64,000 bases of DNA, taken from assembly GCA_043228905.1 (NCBI GenBank), contig JBHGNT010000002.1, positions 19,158,001 through 19,222,000 of the forward strand, read 5' to 3'. The notes beneath the pieces were generated by a model. It made no database searches and was not told where the DNA came from. It saw only the letters and a list, made by a program, of their open reading frames with translations. Shown here one piece after another: positions 39,297-53,665 of the stretch. Position 1 is the stretch's first letter; each line of letters opens with the position of its first letter. The position numbers and the translations under genes are program-made. Source of the stretch: Azolla caroliniana. Lineage: Eukaryota; Plantae; Polypodiophyta.

Positions 39297-41623
39297 TGTC
39301 GTGAAGAAAACCGGCCATAGGCGGAATCGAAGGAAAAGGCGCATGAACCGGCTCTTACACAGGTGGACGCGAGGATTGATATATTGTACATAATTCGTAA
39401 TTAAGGAGACTGGTGTAAATACTAGGTAGCGCACATTTATTAAGGGATTTTGTGCGTATCTCTGTCGACAGGAACAAGGAATAAAGTAGTTTGGCTAAGG
39501 AAAAGGGGGCACCCCCTTTTGGGGGACTATTTAAGGAGGGAGGGGAAAAAGGAACAGGTATCGCGCGCTAGGGAGGACGAAGTGCTGCTGCAGATCTGAG
39601 TGTCGAGCTCTCTCTTCTCCTCCGGTCGTCGGTCTCTGTGGGTCGGGAGTTCGCTGCCTCTGCTTCGTGGACAGCCCGTGCGCTTCCAACAGAGGCTCTC
39701 CCCCCCCCTTTGTTTTGTTTCTGGGATTCGAGCGAGTGATGTCTGTGTGCGTGACTACGATCCCCGTGTCGGGTCCATCGCCGCCTTGTCCGTTGTAACT
39801 GTCAGAGTCGTATTCTCTTGTAACCTCTTTTATTCTCTTGTTATTGAAATCAAGTGTTACGTTCCTTATCTCGCCTTCTCGCTCCGCGTATCTACAAAAC
39901 TCTCTCTCTCTCTGTTACGGGCATGGCCATTTAATATCCCGTGGTGAGAATTTACCGTAGTATTCTATACATGTGGATAAGTGTGAGGGTTAAACGAGAG
40001 TGTAAAGAAGCGGAGGATTACTTTTAATCCTCGGGATTGAGACAACCCATTAGGTCAAGTGTGAACTTGCCTGGGGGCCTTGGGTATCGCTATAAATAAG
40101 AGGCCAAGCTACCCTCATTTGATCATCTTTTGACTACATCGAGACTCTGCTCTTGTGGTGGGTCAACTCTTGTAGCGAGCGCGCCAGCACCAGGTACGAC
40201 TCGACGCCACGGCGGTGGTATGGGACGCCGATCGAGGCTCGAGTCCGTCTCGATCCCTTCGCTCGGGGGTGGTCGGGTGGATCGGCACCCTTCTTTCTCT
40301 TTCTCCTTTCTATCTATCATTTGTTTATCCTTATCTTAAGCTTACTTTAGTACTTAGATCTCTAATATTTGGTATTAGATTTATGTACTAATGTTTCTTT
40401 GTTTTTCATTTGTCGTTTGATTGATGGTGATCGATCGATGTGCGGTCGGCCTTGATCCAGACAACAATCAACAAAGAACTTCGGTAACTCTTTCCAGAAA
40501 TTTTTTTCTATTCTCTCTTCTCCCATCTAATCATGTGTTTAGTTTATATGTCATGTTTTTTCATTAAGTCAATGATGTTGTAGTGGTCTTTAATTGATTA
40601 TCTAAAACGTTTACATATGTGTACGAGGTCAATACCTCGTTTGACATATTAATAATATGTGATGAGTGTCATATGCGTATGAGGTTAATACCTCAATTAC
40701 GTATTACGTTCACGAACATATGTTACGTTTGCGTATGAGTTTAATGCCTTGATTTGTTGTAAACGATATGCGGTTGGTCTCGTATGAGTTTAATGCCTTG
40801 ATTTGCTGTAAACGATATGCGGTTGGTCTCGTATGCGTAAGAGGTCAATACCTCAATTGCGTATTACGATGATCTCTTATTTATGGATATTTCGTGTGCG
40901 TCGAGGTATATACCTCGATTACGTATCTCGATCACATCATTTGTGGCTATTTAATATAACGGTATGTTTAATATAGGCATATGTGGTCACATATATACGT
41001 ATTTGATCGTATATATGTGATAAGTAAAAATATGTGTATATTCGTTATTACGTGATTATATCGAAAGTTGTCATTGTCGGGAAAAGGATGTTGGTGGCTG
41101 TCCTCACATTTTTGTGAGAATGGCGTTGTCACCATCCCTTTTTCAACAATTTTTTATTGTTGACAACCCCGTTGATGACCTCGCTTTCGTTACGTTGTCG
41201 TGAAGATCCGTCACTACGCGCGGATCGTGAGGCGGAACTGCCGGGGTTCTGGACCGGAAGGATTCAAAGTCGGTACAAGCTTTGGCATAAGCTTTAGCAA
41301 GAAAGTACTTAAGATAGATTGGGAAAGAGAGAAGTTAAGATCACACGATTGAGAGAGATTGATTGAAGTTTTAACTTTAGATTTAAGAAACAAGTTACAC
41401 GATCAATTTGATAACGAATTTCTTCCTCTTAATTTTCATAAAAAAAACCGTGTTTTTTCTCCTCCCCCTTCCTTCTTTTATAGATGCTCTCATGTATATG
41501 ATGCATGTGAGGGTACAAGACATGCATAAATTGCATGTTTGCCATTTGGCGCTTATGTGTTACATGTGGTGCATGATAACCATGTCACTCATTTTAGCTC
41601 TCATGTCCGAGAATTTACATGTA

Positions 41624-42060
41624 AAAGTATAATGATAGAAATATAATTTCAACTAAATAGCATGGCTTAATGGTAAGCCAATTGACTCCTAACTTGGAGG
41701 TGCAAGGTTTGAATCCTTACTTGCCCTCCTTGTATATGTCAATATGTATATATATTTATATATTTATTTATCTAGTCGCCGGACGTCGGTTCGCCGGATG
41801 CCGTCGGTTACCGGTGCCTCGCCGGACGCCGGTTCGCCGGATGTCGTCGGTAGAAGTATAATGATAGAAATATAATTTCAACTAAATAGCATGGCTTAAT
41901 GGTAAGCCAATTGTCTCCTAACTTGGAGGTGCAAGGTTTGAATCCTTACTTGCCCTCCTTGTGTATGTCAATATGTATATATATTTATATATTTATTTAT
42001 CTAGTCGCCGGACGCCGGTTCGCCGGATGCCGTCGGTTACCGGTGCCATCGCCGGATGCC
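41624..42060 (+). repeat. 229-bp tandem duplication containing a tRNA-like cassette and CGCCGG repeats
   Basis: Two near-identical units starting AAGTATAATGATAGAAATAT; A box TGGCTTAATGG and B box GGTTTGAATCC. Confidence 0.85.
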
Positions 42061-44017
42061 GTCGGTTACCGGTGTCGTCACCGGATGTTGCCGCCTCGCC
42101 GTCGCCGGATTGCCGTCGGATCACCGGCTCCATCGTCGGTCCGGTTTTGGTTGGCCAAAACCCTTTACGAGTAGCTAGCCCACCTCCACTCTTAGTTCAA
42201 GTTACCTTGAACTCTCTATGCTCCACACATAGACACAAAGATAATATCTTTTGCTCCACCTTATATATGATGAGAGTCGTATTTGTCGTGCCTATGTGGG
42301 ATATCTCACAATTTTCTCTTTTCTTTTCACAAACTTTATACCCTAATATCTTGACATTTAGTTGTCCATTTCTCGTGTAATAAAGTGCATTCGAAACCTC
42401 CATCATTTTGTACTTAGATATTAAAAATGTTATCTTCACAATTATTGTATTATGTGATTCTTACTCGATTTCGTACGTTTTATGGGATTTTCACACTATT
42501 GCCGAAAATCTTCACGACAACGTAAAGAAACACCTATAGCCATAATGATGTTGAGTACGTAGGGCTTGACCCACTTCAAGTGAGGTCGCTCCAATGACGC
42601 ACTTATCCAACATCCCTCCCTCGTTACATGGATACGATGCCACCATGAGCTCGTTCTTACGAGAGGCATTCGTAATGACGTGACCATGTGATGGCCCACG
42701 TGAGCCTACTACGAAACGAGGGCTCATTTGGCTTGACCATTAGGTTGCACTTTGGCGTATGCCATCGTAATTACGAGACTTGAGGTTAGGTAACGTACCA
42801 ACATAGTTTTGGTAAATGAGGGCGAAATAAGGACCCTTGACATATATGTTCTTTTAAAAAAAACATATATGATCAATTGCCTCGCATATCTCTTATACGC
42901 ATCAAACATTAAGCATTCGAGAAGAGCAACTTACTTGGTTGGCTCAAGTGTTTAATGTATTTGTTCTCGAGGTCTCGAGTTCAAATATGACCAAGACCAT
43001 ACAACATCCTTGATACATATGACTATAACACATGTTTAGACTTAAGGTCTAAGTGCATCTCGGGGTCCTCGTAATAGGACTTAAAGAGCCGAAACCACAT
43101 ATGTGGGCACCGAAACATAGTTTATTGTTAACATTTTTTTCGTGTATAAACTATTCATGACGCGAACATACATGGTTGAGCCTCGGGGAGCCACCATGAA
43201 AAAATCGATATAGAGATCAGGGAAAGACATTTATTTGTCACCCCCATGGTTTTTAAAACACCTTTGTGTTACCATAGTAACCTGATCTTGAACCTCATCT
43301 TATACGTCTAGAGGGGTATTGACGTGAGATCATGATATCGATTAATGTTTGCCCATGATATGTTTACATCACGACATGATGTTATGACTATCTCTCTGAC
43401 CTTATCCTATTTCTTTTCCAGAAATAATCTTTAATGGCTCAAATTAATGACCCGATGTCATCCACTCAAGCGGAAGGATCTCAAGGGAATCCTCTTGGAC
43501 AAATGTCCACTGAGATGTATTTGGCACAAATAACCCAATACCTTAGTTTCACCGCTCAACAGATGACCGAACTTTGGCAATCTCAAAGTGCTCTCGAGGC
43601 ACGTGTCATTAGTCTACAACGTGAGACTAATAGACCTGATGAGCGACAAGGTGAACCATCATTTGTCGTTAAGCCATTTACGGGAGACAAAAAGGAAAGA
43701 ACCGAAGAAGAATTGCATATGTCGGCCGAGAACTCGGGGGTAAGGCCGCCACTTGGTGGCGTGGGCTCCGTACTATGGGGAAATTGCCCGATACCTGGAC
43801 AGATTTTGTCACGGTTTTTAAGGGCCAATTTCTGCAACCTCCCTCTCGAACCGAGGCAGCACAAGCTTTAATGAACCTCTCTAGCAGGAAATTTTCCTCG
43901 CTAGAAGACTATGTTCACCATGCTAGAACCCAAATCCAAAAATCGGGTCTAGAAGGGGACAATTGGTTGATAGCTTGTTTTGTCAATGACATCCCCAATT
44001 CGGACTATCACTAGATA

Positions 44018-46330
44018 GTGCACAATAAAGATCCAAAATCCTTCGAAGAGGCCGTTGAAATAGTTCTTCGCTATCAACGCACTTCGAAGGACCATAACAA
44101 ACCCAACGAAGCGCCCAGGACTAAGCAGTCGCAATTTGTTGGGAAACGCAAGACACCCAACGAATTCCTGGATCGCGATTGTAAGCGACAACATCCTTTT
44201 TGTGTATTTTGCAAAAAGAAGGGTCATACAAAAGATCAATGTCGAAAACTCCAACGGAAAGAGCACGACAACAAAGCTAAAGTTGCAGACCATAAAGGTC
44301 AGATTCCTAATGTCCTTCAGGTCTATACACATCATTTAAGTAATTGTCAATGTTCTTTCCCTCACTATGTATTGGGTCCCAATGATTTACTACGTGCAAA
44401 CGGGTATATCAATGGATCTCCCGTACAATTTTTATTTGATTCGGGAAGCTCACACAATTTTGTGAATGATCGTTTGGTTCAAATATGGGGAATCCAACCC
44501 ACCGTAAGATATCACACCTACACGGTGCACTTGGCTGATGGAAGAGTACAATACATCAACGGGGCGATTCATTCATTAGGAATTTCTATTGATACTTATA
44601 TAGATGAAGTAGACTTCCATGTAATGAATCTTTGTACCACCGATGTAATACTGGGTTATCCCTGGTTTTATAATAAAAACTCTTCTTTATTTATTGATTG
44701 GGTTCGTCATTCCATTTCTTTTGTACTGAACGATTGTACGCATTTTATTCAATGTGTAAAAAAACAATCCCTCTCGATTGTTTCCTCGTGTCCATCAATA
44801 TCCGAGTTGTCTTGTTCTACATTATTATATTGTGTACTTGATCCGGACATTCACATTTACAATATCGATAATGTCCCAGTTCAATTAACATATTTTGAAC
44901 AACAACAACTTGATGAAATCTTAAATGATTTTCATGATGTTTTTCCAAGTGAACTACCTGATGGGTTACCTCCTAAACGTAATATAGACCATCGTATAGA
45001 TATTGTACCTGGTGTTGCACCAATAAGTATACCTCCGTATCGCTTAAGTCGATCCGAAGAAGATGAGGTATCTAAGCAACTCAAGGACTATTTACGAATG
45101 GGTTATATATGTTTTAGTAAATCTCCATGGGGTGCACCAGTTCTCTTGGTTAAAAAGAAAGAGGGCACATGGCGTATGTGTATTAATTACCGACGCTTGA
45201 ATAAAGTGACGATCAAGAATTCGTACCCATTGCCCCGGGCTGATGATCTAATTGACCGTCTCCAAGGAGCTCGGTATTTTACGAAACTTGATCTCCGTAC
45301 TGGCTACCATCAAATACGAATAAGTGAGGACGATGTTCCTAAAACGGCATTTCGTACGCGCTATGGCCATTACGAGTTTTTGGTTATGCCTTTTGGTTTG
45401 ACCAATGCTCCGGCTACTTTTCAACAAGAAATGAATGACATTTTCCGAGAACAACTTGGAAAATTTGTCGTTATTTTCTTGGATGATATTTTAGTTTATA
45501 GCCGTACATTACAAGAACATGCTAGACATGTCTGCTTTGTTTTACAAACATTGCGTGACAAACAGTTTTATGCAAAGATCTCAAAATGTGAGTTCTTCAA
45601 GAAATCAATTACTTATCTAGGACATCTCATAACCGAACGAGGAGTTGAAATTGATCCTTCTCGCATTGAAAAAATCAAGCTTTGGCCCACTCTTCGGAAT
45701 ATTCGAGAAGTTCGATCATTCCTTGGTTTTGTCGGGTTTTTGCAAAAGTCTCTTCGTAATTACTCCCAATTGACGACGCTGTTTACTGATCTTTTAAAAG
45801 CTCAAACGCGTAAGTCTACAAAACCTATTGTGTGGAATGCTACACTAGACCTCGCCTTTAAGGAACTCAAGGACCTGGTTTGCAAGGCTCCTTCACTTCT
45901 TTTACCTGATCCTTCAAAACCTTTTGAGGTTGAAACCGATGCAAGCGATTATGCTATAGGTGTTGTCTTGTATCAAGATGGTAAACCAATAGCATTCGAG
46001 AGTAAGAAACTTGATTCTGCTCAATGTCGGTATACCGTTCAAGAAAAGGAATTATTTGCAGTTATACATGCGCTCAAAACATGGCGCCATTATCTTTATG
46101 GAAATCGCTTTGTGGTAACTACGGACCACGAGTCCTTGAAATATTTTTGTGACCAACAAGACCCGAAAGGTCGTAAGGCACGATGGGCTGATCTCATCCA
46201 GGACTTTGATTTTTCCATACGATATCGTAAAGGTTCCATGAACATTGTCGTTGATGCACAAAGTCGCATCCGTGAAGTTAACATGCTTAGCTTCACTGAA
46301 ATAACATCAGATTTTTATGATCACCTTTGA
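44018..46330 (+). pseudogene. Chromovirus gag knuckle-PR-RT-RNase H polyprotein segment
   Basis: [28 protein letters not shown] and ETDASD; premature TGA separates it from INT. Confidence 0.95.
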
Positions 46331-46435
46331 GGAAAGTATCCTGATGACAGTTATTTTGCAAAATACTGGGCAAGAGTTGAGTCTGGAACAGACACCACCA
46401 CATCCTCGAAGGAATACGTCCACATTGCTAACGGT

Positions 46436-47760
46436 TTGCTCTACCGTAATGGGAAGGTTTGTGTTCCAGATTTACCCGAGGTCAAAAAGAGGATTTCTTT
46501 TGAATGCCATGATGCACCATCAACAGGGCACCCTGGAATACATCGTACACTCATTCTCATCTCCACTCAATTTTATTGGCCTAAGATGCGTCCTGACATA
46601 CATAGCTATGTGACTAAATGTCACCAGTGTCAGGTTAACAAAGCCGAGCGACTTAAAGCCGTAGGACTTTTACATCCCTTGGACATTCCCAATAATAAGT
46701 GGGAAAGTATATCCATGGATTTTATTGTTAGCCTTCCTCGCACCCAAAAAGGTCATGATGCCATCTGGGTTGTCGTTGATCGACTAACTAAAATGGCAAG
46801 ATTTATTGCTACTAAAACCACGGTAACAGCTCCTGAATTGGCTTACCAATTCGTTGACGAATTGTTTCGTTTTTATGGGTTACCGATGGATATTGTGAGT
46901 GATCGAGATCCAAAGTTTACTAGTGACTTCTGGACGCAAGTCTTTAAGAAGTTAGAAACTACGTTGAGCATGAGCTCCACGGATCATCCTCAATCCGATG
47001 GACAGACAGAACGAGTAAATCAAATTATTGAGGACATGCTTCGAGCATACGTTGGTGCAAAACCAACAAAATGGGAACGTTATCTCCCAATTTTGGAGTT
47101 TGCTTATAACAGCTCCAAGCATACGTCGACGGGATATAGTCCTTTTATGTTGATGTATGGTTTTCAGCCACGAGCCCCGATTGATGTTAATATACATCAT
47201 GATGAGTTGCGAAGTACGCAAAACTTTCTTCGGGATATGCAAGATATGTTGCATATTGCACGAGATAATATAAAAACAGCTCAAGATAGAGCGCGTTTTT
47301 ATGCCGATCATCATAGGCAACCTCGTGTATTCAACCTTGGACAGAAGGTATTTTTACGTGTACCTCACAATTCTAAGACATTGTCTACAGGTAAGTGCGC
47401 TAAGTTAGCCCCACGGTTTTGTGGACCTTTTACAGTCCTCAAACGCATTGGGTCATCAGCCTATCGTCTCGCTCTTCCCGATGGTGTCGGAATTCATCCA
47501 GTCTTTCATGTGAGTCGTCTAAAACAACTTCTAGGTTCTGGCGACAATACAGTTACAACTGAAACTCTGGTTACTTCTGAAGAATTATCTTCTAAACCAC
47601 ATGTACTAGAAAGAATTCTCGATGTTAAAACAAAAAAATTACGTACTAAAGAAATCGGAGAATTTTAAATAAAATGGATGGATAAATCAATAAAAGATGC
47701 CACATGGGAACGCGAAAATACTCTCAGAACTAATTTCCCTAACTTTCCATTGCAAGAGTG
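46436..47760 (+). pseudogene. Integrase with C-terminal chromodomain (stop at 47668)
   Basis: HHCC, SMDFIV, SDRD, HPQSDGQTE, GPF; ERILD...EF*IKW.....DATWE. Confidence 0.92.
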
Positions 47761-48233
47761 CAATGTTTTAAAGAGGGGGAGTATGTTACGGGCATGACCA
47801 TTTAATATCCCGTGGTGAGAATTTACCGTAGTATTCTATACACGTGGATAAGTGTGAGGGTTAAACGAGAGTGTAAAGAAGGGGAGGATTACTTTTAATC
47901 CTCGGGATTCAGACAACCCATTAGGTCAAGTGTGAACTTGCCTGGGGGCCTTGGGTATTGCTATAAATAAGAGGCCTAGCTACCCTCATTTGATCATCTT
48001 TTGACTACATCGAGACTCTGCTCTTGTGATGGGTCAACTCTTGTAGCGAGCGCGCCAGCACCAAGTACGACTCGACACCACGGCGGTGGTATGGGACGCC
48101 GATCGAGCCTCGAGTCCGTCTCGATCCCTTCGCTCGGGGGTTGTCGGGTGGATTGGCACCCTTCTTTCTCTTTCTCCTTTCTATCTATCATTTGTTTATC
48201 CTTAGCTTAAGCTTACTTTAGTACTTAGATCTC

Positions 48234-48298
<65 letters not shown>

Positions 48299-50769
48299 GG
48301 TTCAAGACCCCCGTGGTCCCGCCCCTTCTACACGCACGCGCGTAACAACGCGACAACGGGGCACTCGACGGTTCGAGGATGCCCATCTCCTCCTTTTGCT
48401 TCAGAACCTCTATCAACTTCGGGATGTGAGCTCTCGGCACTGGAATCGGTTTGAGATTCCACGGTACATGCGGTACCGTGAAGATCACCATCGGTTCGAC
48501 GATCGTCGGGTCCACGCACCCAATCTCCTCCGGCGAGAACGCGAAGGCTTTCCCATGCCTTCCGAGCATTCTCCGAAACCTGTTCTCCTCCGGTGGCAGC
48601 AGAAAGCCACCCCCACCGACCTTGAGCTCCCGTAGCGTTATGTCGGTGAACCGATGCCCTATGCCAGCCAGATTCCGTAAACTTGGGTCCGACGCGACCC
48701 CTTTTATCCACTCCTAGCTGCCCTCCGGCAAGGGTGCCACGACCAGCCTTACCTTCCGGTCCATAGTATTGTACTTTGTACCCACGCGGGCCGTCCGATC
48801 CGAACCGATCCTTTCCCCGAAGTCCGTGATGACTTCGTACATCCCCATCAAACCAGTCTTCTCCAAGGTCTTCACCGATCACCCTTCGCAACTTGCCCCA
48901 GGTGTCGTCAAAAGAGACTGCCTCCATTGCGTTGTTGATCTCTTCGTCAGGGGAGAGGACTCCGCATTCCCTAAGCCGCTCCTCCGCTCGCTTCCTTTCC
49001 CGACCGTTGATGCCGGCCATAGTACAACCTTCGTTGTTGGAGAACCAAAATTTCCTACCTATGGTACAGGTCTTCTTCCCTACTGTACATTTGTGGGGTT
49101 TTTCCGGGGTGTCCGGACTATCGCGGCCCCACGCCTTGATAGCCCTCTCTAAAAATCCCCTCGGGTTTCGCCACCGAGGGTCTCGCAGTTATGCTCATGG
49201 TTTGGTCGCACTGTCAGGAACTAGACCGAGTGACGCCCGTCCTGGCTCTTGACTCCTGCATAGGCCGAACCGTTGTCCATCACCTTGGTGTCCATCCGTG
49301 CCGCCGTGATGTATGGTTCTCGTAGTATAACTAGATGTGAGGACGTCTCCTGCACGAAGAAGTGTTGGTCGATCTCGACATCGCCGATTTTCACCTGTAC
49401 GTTCGGGCAGGCTCCATGTAGTTCTTCCGTGGCGCGCGTCGCTGCCTGTATTTTCTAGCCGTGTTTGGTGTTGATCAGCCATTTCCCCTTTTTGTAGAAT
49501 TCCATGGACATCAAGTTGATTTCTGAACCGTGGTCCACCAACGCCACCACCGGCTCCTGGACATCCCCGATCTTAATAGGGGTCTCCGTGGTCGCTCTGG
49601 CCCAATGCGGCCTCGAATAGTGGCTCTCCGCCAACTCGTCTTCTAGCGCCATGTCCTCTATCTGCGTCGTTCGCACTTCCATCGGCTTCTCCGGCTCTAG
49701 CTCTATCGACAGCCTCTTCCTCTTCACCAAGTCTACGATGGAGTCGTGGAACTCCTTCTTGGCGATCCCGAGCACTTCCCTCAGCGACAACTCCACTTTG
49801 CTGTCGAGGATACTTTCCTCCAGGACCTTTCGATTTCTGTGCTCAACCGGTACCCGGCCTTCTTGGCTTTATCCGGTGCACTGGTCGCACCGGCCTCATT
49901 CTGCCTTTGACCGAGTCGGGTCTCGTACCGTTGCGAGGGCCTGGCCCCTCCGGTTTTACCTACTCGCTTGTCTTCCACCAGAGCCTTGTAGTTCTGGCAT
50001 GCGGCTTCAACGAAGCCTGTCTTCTCTTCGACCGGGTCACTCCACCCGGTTACCTCCCGGACCCGTTTTTCCGCGCGGTCCGCTTCTTCTTTCCTTAGTC
50101 GTGCGTCGGCAAAGCCTTCCAGGATCAGCGGCCAGAATCCGGCTTCGTTCGTCTTCCGGGCCTCACCACCTCCGACCCGGATCCCAACCGACGTCGAGTA
50201 GTGGACGGTCTCCGCGTGGCGAGCCGCCGCTTCTTCCATCAGCCATTTCATACCCCCTTGTCCAACATTCAGTTCTAGGGCCCTTCGGGTCTCGCTAGCG
50301 TGCACCCGACCGTTCCATAGGTACACCATGTTGGCTCTCATTGCCTCGGCAAAGTCCCCATAGTCCTTCCGGACGTGGCCGACCGCGTCGCACCACAAAC
50401 ACCAGTTTCCAACCAGAGGCCTTCGGTCACGGGCCTATTCGCCGTCGTCCCTCCGTGCCTGTGCAATCTGGAGGTCCCTAGTCCGGCAGCACTTTGTCCT
50501 CTCTAACGCGAGATACCTTTTTCATTCCTCTCCCTCTCTTTTATAGCCCAAGGAGGGAGGCCATTATCATCCGTTACATCACATTAATTCTCTGTCCTTT
50601 CTGTTACCGGCCGGGAAAGGAGTCCGGAGTGGGAAACGGAGAGCTAATTAAGTAGTAGGAATGGGGTTGTAATTAAGCTATGAGTGTGGACGGACGAACC
50701 GGAAACGGTATGCCGTTTCGGATCCGGACCGATCCCGAACAGGTGCGGAGGGCACTGTTTTGTAATACA

Positions 50770-53310
50770 GACCGGAAACTCAATGCGGCTACGGTAACGG
50801 ATGCGTTTCCACTTCCGTTCACAGATGGAGTGTTGGATGCCGTCACCGGCCATGAGGTCTATAGCTTCCTAGACGGATTCAGCGGGTATAATCAGATCCG
50901 GATGCACCCCAACGACCAGGAGAAAACGGCATTCGTCACCGAATGGGGGGTGTTTGTGGCCATGGTGATGATGTTCGGACTCAAAACGGCACCGGCAACG
51001 TTTCAACGAATCATCATGGAAATCTTTGGTGAATATATATCGGCTTTTATGCAGGTTTTCCTTGACGATTTTGCCGTCTATAGCCGGGAGGAGGACCATT
51101 TTCAGCACCTCCGTCTTTGTCTAGAAAAGTGTAGAGCGTACCGGCTAAGCTTGAATCCGGCAAAGTGTGTATTTGGCGTGTCCAGTGGAACTTTATTAGG
51201 ACATATCGTGAGCCAGGAAGGTATTGCAGTCGACCCAGACAAAGTGAAAGCCATATTAGAAGCACCGGCGCCGGCAACGGCAAAGGCATTGAGCCGGTTC
51301 TTAGGCCAGATCCGGTGGCACAACCGGATGCTCCGATACTTGGCCGACCTAGCTACACCATTGCATGCCGCCGTACATCGGACACCATTCCAGTGGACCG
51401 ATACTGAGGATAGGGCGTATAAGGCCCTCAAGGTACTATTGTCGTAGGCACCGGTAGTACAACCTCCAGATTGGAGTAAAGAATTTCACGTGTTCGTGGA
51501 CGCCTCCGACATCGCAATCGGAAGCGTACTGATGCAGCTTACGGAACCAAAGTGGTACCGGCCAGTGTACTATGCCAGCCAGAAGCTATCCCAAGCAGAA
51601 CGGAACTACTCTACTACGGAACGGGAAGCTCTAGGAATGATCTACAGTGTGACAAAGTTTCGACACTATTTATTGGGAAGGAAGTTTTCGGCACTCCTTT
51701 ACCTGGTGTCCAAAGCGTCACTCACCGGCAAATTGTCCCAGTGGACCTTATTGTTACAGGAGTTCGAGTTTGAAATATTCCACCGACCTGGTATACAGCA
51801 TGCCGTAGCGGATTATTTAAGCCGATTAGAGTCCGGAGAGACGGGTGACGGAGTACCGGATGAGTTTCCGGATGCGGAGCTGTTTCAAGTCACTACGGAG
51901 ACGGCAGCAGATGAGACAGTGGACCAGGAAGACAAGTGGCTCACAAATATGCACCAGTTTCTGAGCACAGGACTGCCTCCGGAAGAGCTGAACCGGGACG
52001 AACGGAAACGCCTGGCGGTACAAAGCCGACATTTCTGCTTACTTCAAGACACATTGTACCACAAGGGTGCTGACGGCATATGGAGACGGGCGGTGCGCAG
52101 CGATGAAAAGGAACTGATACTGAGGGAAGCCCATTGCGGAGTTGCCGGAGGTCACTATGCCGGAGATGCGACAGCTAGAAAAATATGGCAAAGTCGCCTA
52201 TGGTGGCCAACGACATTAAGAGATGCGGTACGGTACGCAAAAGAATGTGACCTATGCCAGAGAATGGGCCAGCCAACGGAGCAGGCTCGTATGCCACACC
52301 AGCCGGTACTACCACTCGAGCCGTTCCAAAAGTGGGGTTTGGACTTTGTAGGATCATTCAAGCCACCGGCAACGAGAACGGGTAATCGGTACGTTATCGT
52401 TGCTACGGATTACTACACGAAATGGGTGGAGGCCCAAGCTTTACGGGATAACACCGTTGCGTCAACGACAAAGTTTCTATATGAGTACATCTGGTGCCGT
52501 TACGGATGCCCCATTGAATTGATAAGTGACCAAGGGGGGCACTTTCTCGGACAAGTAGTGGAAAGCCTAACGACCTTCTATGCCGTGGTCCACAAACGAA
52601 GCACACCTTACTATCCACAGGCGAACGGATTAGCGGAATCAACAAACAAGACGCTCCAGAACATCCTTCGGAAGATCGTCAATGAGAACTGGACAGATTG
52701 GGACACAAAGCTACATAGCGCGCTTTGGGCATACCGGACGGCATACAAAACGAGCATCTGAACAACACCGTTCCGGTTAGCATTCGGACTCGAGGCGGTC
52801 ATGCCGGTAGAATTTCAAGTACCTAGCTTACGGATCCAGCTACGAGAACGGCTGAACGAGAAGGAGTCGGAGACAATAAGGTTGACAGCGCTGTGTGAGC
52901 TGGAGGAACAACGGTTGGCCAGCATCCTACATTTAGAATTGGAGCAACGGCGACGGAAAGCATTCGTCGACCGGCACAGGAAAGGTAACGAAAAAATGTT
53001 CGTAATCGGCAAACCGGTATTAGTATTCCAAACCCGGATGGGCAAGATGCCGGGTAAACTAAGGTTTAGATGGACCGGACCATATTGGCTAATACGGGAG
53101 TATAATGGGTCCTACCAGTTGGGGACACTTGCCGGTGAAGTGCTGGGCAAATGGGTCAACGAATTCCGGTTAAAGGCATATAGGGGACCGATGCCTAAGA
53201 ACCCGTTTGAGCAAAGGACTGACGGCTATCACCAAGACGGCAGGGAAGGCGAGCCGGTAACTGGGGAGAACGAGGCCGGTAAGGGTCCGGGAGGACCAAC
53301 GGACAAGTGA
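50770..53310 (+). pseudogene. RT-RNase H-integrase (Athila-like)
   Basis: FLDGFSGYNQI, VFLDDF, VDASD, NYSTTEREAL, GGHY, WGLDFVG, SDQG, YYPQANG, WTGPY; few in-frame stops. Confidence 0.95.
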
Positions 53311-53665
53311 CGTCACAATAATAATAATAAAAACTGGAAAAAGAAAAGAAAAAAAAAACAAGCATGCAAAAGCGAGGAATAAATGGATGAAAGAGCGTGG
53401 AGCGAAAAGGTACGTAGTGGGCATTTAAAGTGCCACCACAGGACATAATGCTATTTTAAGTACGCGACATGCACAAACTCGAAAAAGGCGCCAGAATGCA
53501 CAGACAAAAACCATTGCGCGTAGAGACCCTCTACTTTCGCAAACCCAGTAGATCATCAGACGAGAACCTACGCACAGAGAACCCCCGCCTTCTGAACTCT
53601 CTCTTTCTCAACCCCACTCTCATCACCATCCATCCTCGTCACCGCAATCCGACCCCGACACAGAG

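Larger units (their letters stand above)
39913..48238 (+). mobile_element. Near-intact Ty3/gypsy chromovirus with a 3-kb leader
   Basis: 455-bp LTRs 39913-40367 and 47784-48238, TSD CTCTC, degenerate iMet PBS TGGTATTAGA at 40370 and PPT AAAGAGGGGGAG. Gag starts at 43434. Confidence 0.96.
39297..48355 (+). mobile_element. 3' LTR of a tRNA-Trp gypsy element, split by a chromovirus at its (CT)n tract
   Basis: Start TGTCGTGAAG, end CGCGACA at 48355; (CT)n on both sides of the insert. Confidence 0.75.
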
